NCBI RefSeq assembly: GCF_030144855.1 | Contig: NC_082738.1 | Span: 13,702,001 to 13,766,000, forward strand | DNA from: Hypanus sabinus | Lineage: Eukaryota | Direction: 5' to 3' | DNA: 64,000 nt | Shown here: one piece after another, positions 59,566 through 64,000 of the stretch | Layout: each line of letters starts with the position of its first letter | Numbering within the stretch: position 1 is the first letter of the stretch | The notes under the pieces: model-generated | Database searches by the model: none | The model's input: the letters and a program-made list of their open reading frames with translations, nothing else | Told to the model about the DNA's origin: nothing | Program-made: the position numbers and the translations under genes

Positions 59566-60897
59566 ATGTTTCGGGGGTGGGGGGGGATCAGATGTGTCAA
59601 TGAGAGTTGCCATCAGGCTGAGTTGGTGGGCTGTCATCAGTGTCGATTGCCTTTTGAAGGAGGACTCGGTAGCACTCTGCTTGGCTGGAATCAATGTCTC
59701 AATCTTTGAAGGTTCGTTGGGATGGAGAGGGATCAGTAAAGTGGACTTCAGGTGTGAAAACAAATTGCACTACTGAGCCTGTACATATTTAAAGCTTTGC
59801 TTCATCTACTGGGCTTAGTCCCTGCAGCTGAAGGTGGGTGAATACTAATCCTTTCAGTGGTTCCTAATATTTTTTGTAAGAAAACCCCATTTATTCACAC
59901 CCAGTAAAATACACACCACCCCACAAATACCCATTTTAGGAAGCTGGGGCTTTCTTGAGAAGTGAGGTGCTGCCCTCTCCAGCTAAGATGGTTGGATGTG
60001 GAGTATATCTTAATTTATTTTTACTTTTGTGAACTTTCTAGATGTGCTCAGCATTATTTAAGGCTTACAAGCTCTTTGTAATCTTTGACTCGTCTTGCCA
60101 TCCGAGACATTGCCAATATTTCACAAAATGTTCAGCTGCAGACTCTCCATAAGTAATTTTCTGCTGACTCTTTACCATGTCTTTGACTTCATTTCCAGCT
60201 AGTAAAACACAACACTGGAGCTTCTCTTAAGCTGTACACTTAGAGATTCCATATGTTTCTTGGCATTGAAAGTGAGCTGACTGCTGCCATTCACTATTCC
60301 TTCACTGCCTCATGTTGAGCCAATTGCCTTCATTCTCAAACTTACAAACTTTTCTGCTGAAACACCCATTCCTGAATTTGAACTCATCCAAAAGTTCTGC
60401 TGCCCATGTCCTAAGATGCATCAAGCCTCTGGCTGCAAGCTTCTATTTGTTCTCATTCAACCAACATCAAGGTTTTTAAAAATTTCTATCCTTGTGTTCT
60501 ACTCTCTCTTTCTGTGGCTCTGCTTCTCTGTATTCCTGGGCTTCCTCCAGCTCTCAACTGCACCTTTGCACCTACTGTTCTGCTTCCCTCTCTGCCTTTA
60601 CATCAAAAATGTTTCTTCTTTCAGCTTTGTATAGTCTTTTCATAGGCCTTTGTGGTAACGATCCTTGAAGTGGTATATATCTATAGATATTCTGTGTCTG
60701 TTATTGCATCTCTAATACTAAAGAGGGAAGCTGTACCAGCAATAGATGGCTGAAGAACACATGGTAAAGGAAAGTAAGCAGAAAGTCTGTTCAGACAGGC
60801 AGTGTTTGGTGATCTGGAGCCTGTTGCCTGTAAGAGTGGTGAAAACAGAGCCAAAACAGACTTTCAGCAGGGAACTAGATTGACATTTGGAGAATAA

Positions 60898-61474
60898 TGT
60901 AACCCTCTGTTCAGCTAGCTGCTTAATCTAGGAGATGATAGCCCCCAGCTCATCCAAACTTAAGAAATCTTGTTTGGGTAGATGCTGTGCAGTGTGTCCC
61001 CTGTTACAAATCAATACCACGAAATAACAAACAGTACACAATATGCGATTAAATGGTTGAGTTTTATAATTCTTAATTTGACTGTATGGTTAGTAAAGAA
61101 ACAAAAGAAAAGGGCTCATTCTCATGAAACAGTCTAATGTGCAAACGTTGGAGCTCACTGTTCATTCATTTGTTCCTGTCGACCACCTCCAAGCATAGGT
61201 TTGGACCCTCACTTTTCAGTCCACTCCGTCTGGCAGTCTACCAACTCTCTCCATTTGCGTCCTCTCTCTTCATTGTTCCCTGACAAAAGACTGCAAAATC
61301 CCTGCTCGCAGACACACAAGAAAGAACAACATCCCACTCATTGGCAAACCTGCCCCATTATCTCTAGTCATAACCCAAACATTGCTGCTACAGAGAAATC
61401 ATTACTTTAGCCTTAGCAGTGAAACATTACAGAGAGGCCATTACATTAGTAGTGAAACCTTGCAGCATGTTACA
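60898..61474. mobile_element. Solo LTR (577 bp), probably Gypsy-type
   Basis: Perfect TGTAAC...GTTACA termini; flanks ataa / atag; interrupts an old CR1 tail. Confidence 0.7.
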
Positions 61475-61534
61475 ATAGTTTTTGGGGAGATGGGAGACGA
61501 ATAGAGAATGGGGCTGATGTGATCGCTCTTGTAT

Positions 61535-61813
61535 GCTTCGGGAGTAAACCCAGAGGAAAAATCTGTAGCTGGAGTCCCTAAGGCAGTCCAGCTCTGAGTT
61601 CAATGCTGACTGACAACCCCTGCAATGCCACTGATGCCAAACTGTATCAGTCTCTGCCGTTCCTCTAGGCTCATCAGCTGTGAGGAGAGGGCAAGACTGC
61701 TACATGGGCAATAGTTTGGTCTCCATATCGTACAACCCTGACTTGCATACTTGCTTTATCACTTGCAGCTGGGATGCAATATTCATGGTTGACCAAGCCA
61801 ATGGAGGGCCTCA
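61535..61813 (+). mobile_element. 5'-truncated copy of the RTE-related SINE-like element
   Basis: Homologous to about 42650-42908 with the same 3' end. Confidence 0.65.
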
Positions 61814-61859
61814 CTGGTTTTTCTGAGTTAGAATAGTGTGATGAATTGATGAAAGTATC

Positions 61860-63430
61860 ATCTGTTTCGGGGTTCCATTGTTTTGGACATAATTGAGCAG
61901 AAGGGATTAAAGGGGGAGAGGTGGCATTACTCATCAGAGAAAAATGTAATGGCAGTGCTCAGTCAGGACAGACTGGCGAGTTCATCTAGTGAGGCTTTAT
62001 GGGTAGAATTGAGGAATAAGAAAGGTATGACCACGTTATTGGTTCATTTTATAGACTACCCAACAGTCTGCAGGATTTAAAGGAACAAATTTGTAGAGAT
62101 CACAGTGTTGCAAGAAACATGAGGTTGCACGGGTGGGTGATTTTTAACTTTCCACATGTTGACTGGGGCTCCCATACCATAAAAAGGCTGTATGTGAATT
62201 TCTCAAATGTGTTCAGGAAATTAATCAGTACATAGAAATTCCAACTAGAGAGATAACGATACTAGACCTCTTATTAGGGAATGAGACAGGGAAGGTGACA
62301 GAAGTCTGTGCAGGGGAACACTTTGCATCTAGTAATGATAATGCCATTAGTTTCAAAGTAAATATGCAAAAAGATAGGTCTGGTCCGTGGGTTGAGATTC
62401 TAAGTTGGAGAAAGGCCAATTCTGATGATATCAGAAATGATCTGGCAAATGTGGATTGGAAAAGTGAAGGAGAATCCCAAGGAATTGTACAGCTATGTTA
62501 AGAGCAAGACAATTGTAAAGGACAAAATTGATCCTCTGGAAAATTAGAATGGTAATCCATGTCTGGAGCAGAAGGAAATGAGGGAGATGGTAAATGGATT
62601 TTTTTGCATCTGTATTTACTCGAGAGATGGACACAGTCTATAGAACTGTGGTAAAGCAACAGAAAGGTCATAGCCCCTATACCTATTACAGAGGAGGTGT
62701 TTACAGTCTTGAGGCAAATTAGGGTGGGTAAATCCCCGGGTCTGACAAGGTGTTTGCTCGGATCCTGTGGGAGGCAAGTGCAGGATTACAAGGGCCTGAA
62801 CAGAGATATTTAAATCATCCTTTTGCAACAGGTGAGGTACTGGAGGATTGAAGGATAGCTAATATTGTGTTATTTAAGAAAGGCTTCAAGAATAAGCCAG
62901 TAATGTGTGGATAGCCAGAGGGTTTTTTCCAGGGCTGAAATGGCTAACACGAGAGGGCACAACTTTAAGGAAAGTTTCAGGGGTAAGTTTTTCATGCAGA
63001 GAGTGGTGAGTGTGTGGAATGGGCTGCCGGTGGTGGAGGTGGAAAAGATAGGGTCTTTTAAGAGGCTCCTTGAAATGCAGATGGAGCTTAGAAAAATAGA
63101 GGGCTATAGGTAACCCTAGGTAATGTCTAAAGTAAGGACATGTTCGGCACAGCGTTGTGGGCCAAAGGGCCTGTATTATGCTGTAGCTTTTCTATGCTTC
63201 TAAATAATAGGTCGGTGAGACTAACACCAGTTGTGGGAAAGTTATTGGAAGGTCTTCTAAGGGATCAGATAAGTATTTGGGTAGTCAGGGACAGATGAGG
63301 GATAATCAACATGGCTTTGTGTGTGGTAAGTCATGACTAATCAATCTTGGAGGGCTATGGTCTAAGTGCAGGTTCGTGGGACTAGGCAGATTAATGGTTT
63401 GGCAGAAACTACTATTTCTGTGCTCTAGTG
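61860..63430 (+). mobile_element. Degraded CR1 LINE with a younger CR1 3' end nested at about 62905-63201
   Basis: SEALWVELRNKKG, GEHFASSNDNAISF and KSPG motifs; the host NYRPVSLT-like region is interrupted by a complete CR1 tail. Confidence 0.82.
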
Positions 63431-64000
63431 TTCTATGACTGTGGCTAATTCTGTCCCAAAGAAAACAAGTAATCTAGGGTTTCGACAACAGCTCGGTAGT
63501 TTTAAGGTCGCTGCTAAGAATTTTTCCCAAGCAATGCCAAATTATTTAATAACTAAATTTAAATTCTGCAGCTACTACACTGATCTTTTGTGTGAAAGTG
63601 AGGGCCGGTTGTTAAAGGAGACGCAACAGTGTTTTACAGATTGTGTTAAAGGAGGAGAGAGGAGTTTAGGATTGGAATTCCAGAGCTTGAAACTCAGGCA
63701 GTTGAATACAGCATACTAGTGAGGGAGAGATTAAAGCAAGGATGATTGAGATTGGAATTGGAAGAGTGCAGAGATTTGGCATGAATGTTGGACTGGTGGA
63801 GATTAAAGATGGTTGGAAACAAGGCCATAGTAGGCTCAGAAAATGAAAATGAGAATTTAAAAATCAAGATGGTGTTTCACCAGGTGTCAATGTGGGTCAG
63901 TATGCAAAGTAATGATTGATGAATAGGACCTCAGGAATGGTAGTAAACCAGCTGTATTGGGCAAAAGTTCCAAAAATCAGGTCCATTGTTTGGTGAAATT

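Larger units (their letters stand above)
57690..60640 (-). pseudogene. Possible decayed coiled-coil gene, tentatively a second FAM186 paralogue
   Basis: Stop-riddled E/Q/R-rich frame at 60640-60290; segments weakly similar to local exons 4, 5 and 7 in collinear order (see findings). Confidence 0.35.

Noticed and set aside
45380-64000. Naming the plus-strand gene LARP4 or PRPF40B (and the left gene LIMA1 or MCRS1)
   Set aside because: Suggested only by recalled mammalian synteny; no coding exon of these genes was found in the window.

Overview
Repeat-rich vertebrate genomic DNA; the repeat repertoire (CR1, Rex1/Babar, Penelope-derived short repeats, tRNA-head SINEs) suggests a cartilaginous fish (inference). 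The main host feature is a complete 8-exon, phase-consistent minus-strand FAM186-family gene (ATG 44532, stop 18487, 975 aa by my exon sum). It sits head-to-head with an unidentified plus-strand gene across a CpG-rich promoter with CRE-like and ZNF143-like motifs (about 44.5-45.9 kb). A second CpG-rich promoter at about 15.4-16.1 kb probably starts another minus-strand gene. The rest is transposon-derived: a decayed Gypsy element with its 3' LTR, pogo/Tigger, Tc1 and hAT derivatives, HERO, CR1, Rex1, Tx1 and Penelope relics, SINEs and a solo LTR. The most notable signals are: (i) short TSD-flanked Penelope-derived inserts carrying minimal hammerhead ribozyme motifs, one with an intact core in sense orientation in FAM186 intron 4; (ii) a frameshifted copy of part of exon 4 inside intron 4; (iii) a possible decayed second FAM186 paralogue at 57.7-60.6 kb; (iv) a long old inverted repeat at 47.3-48.1 kb. 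All calls are by eye, family assignments rest on recalled motifs, and boundaries of old repeats are approximate.
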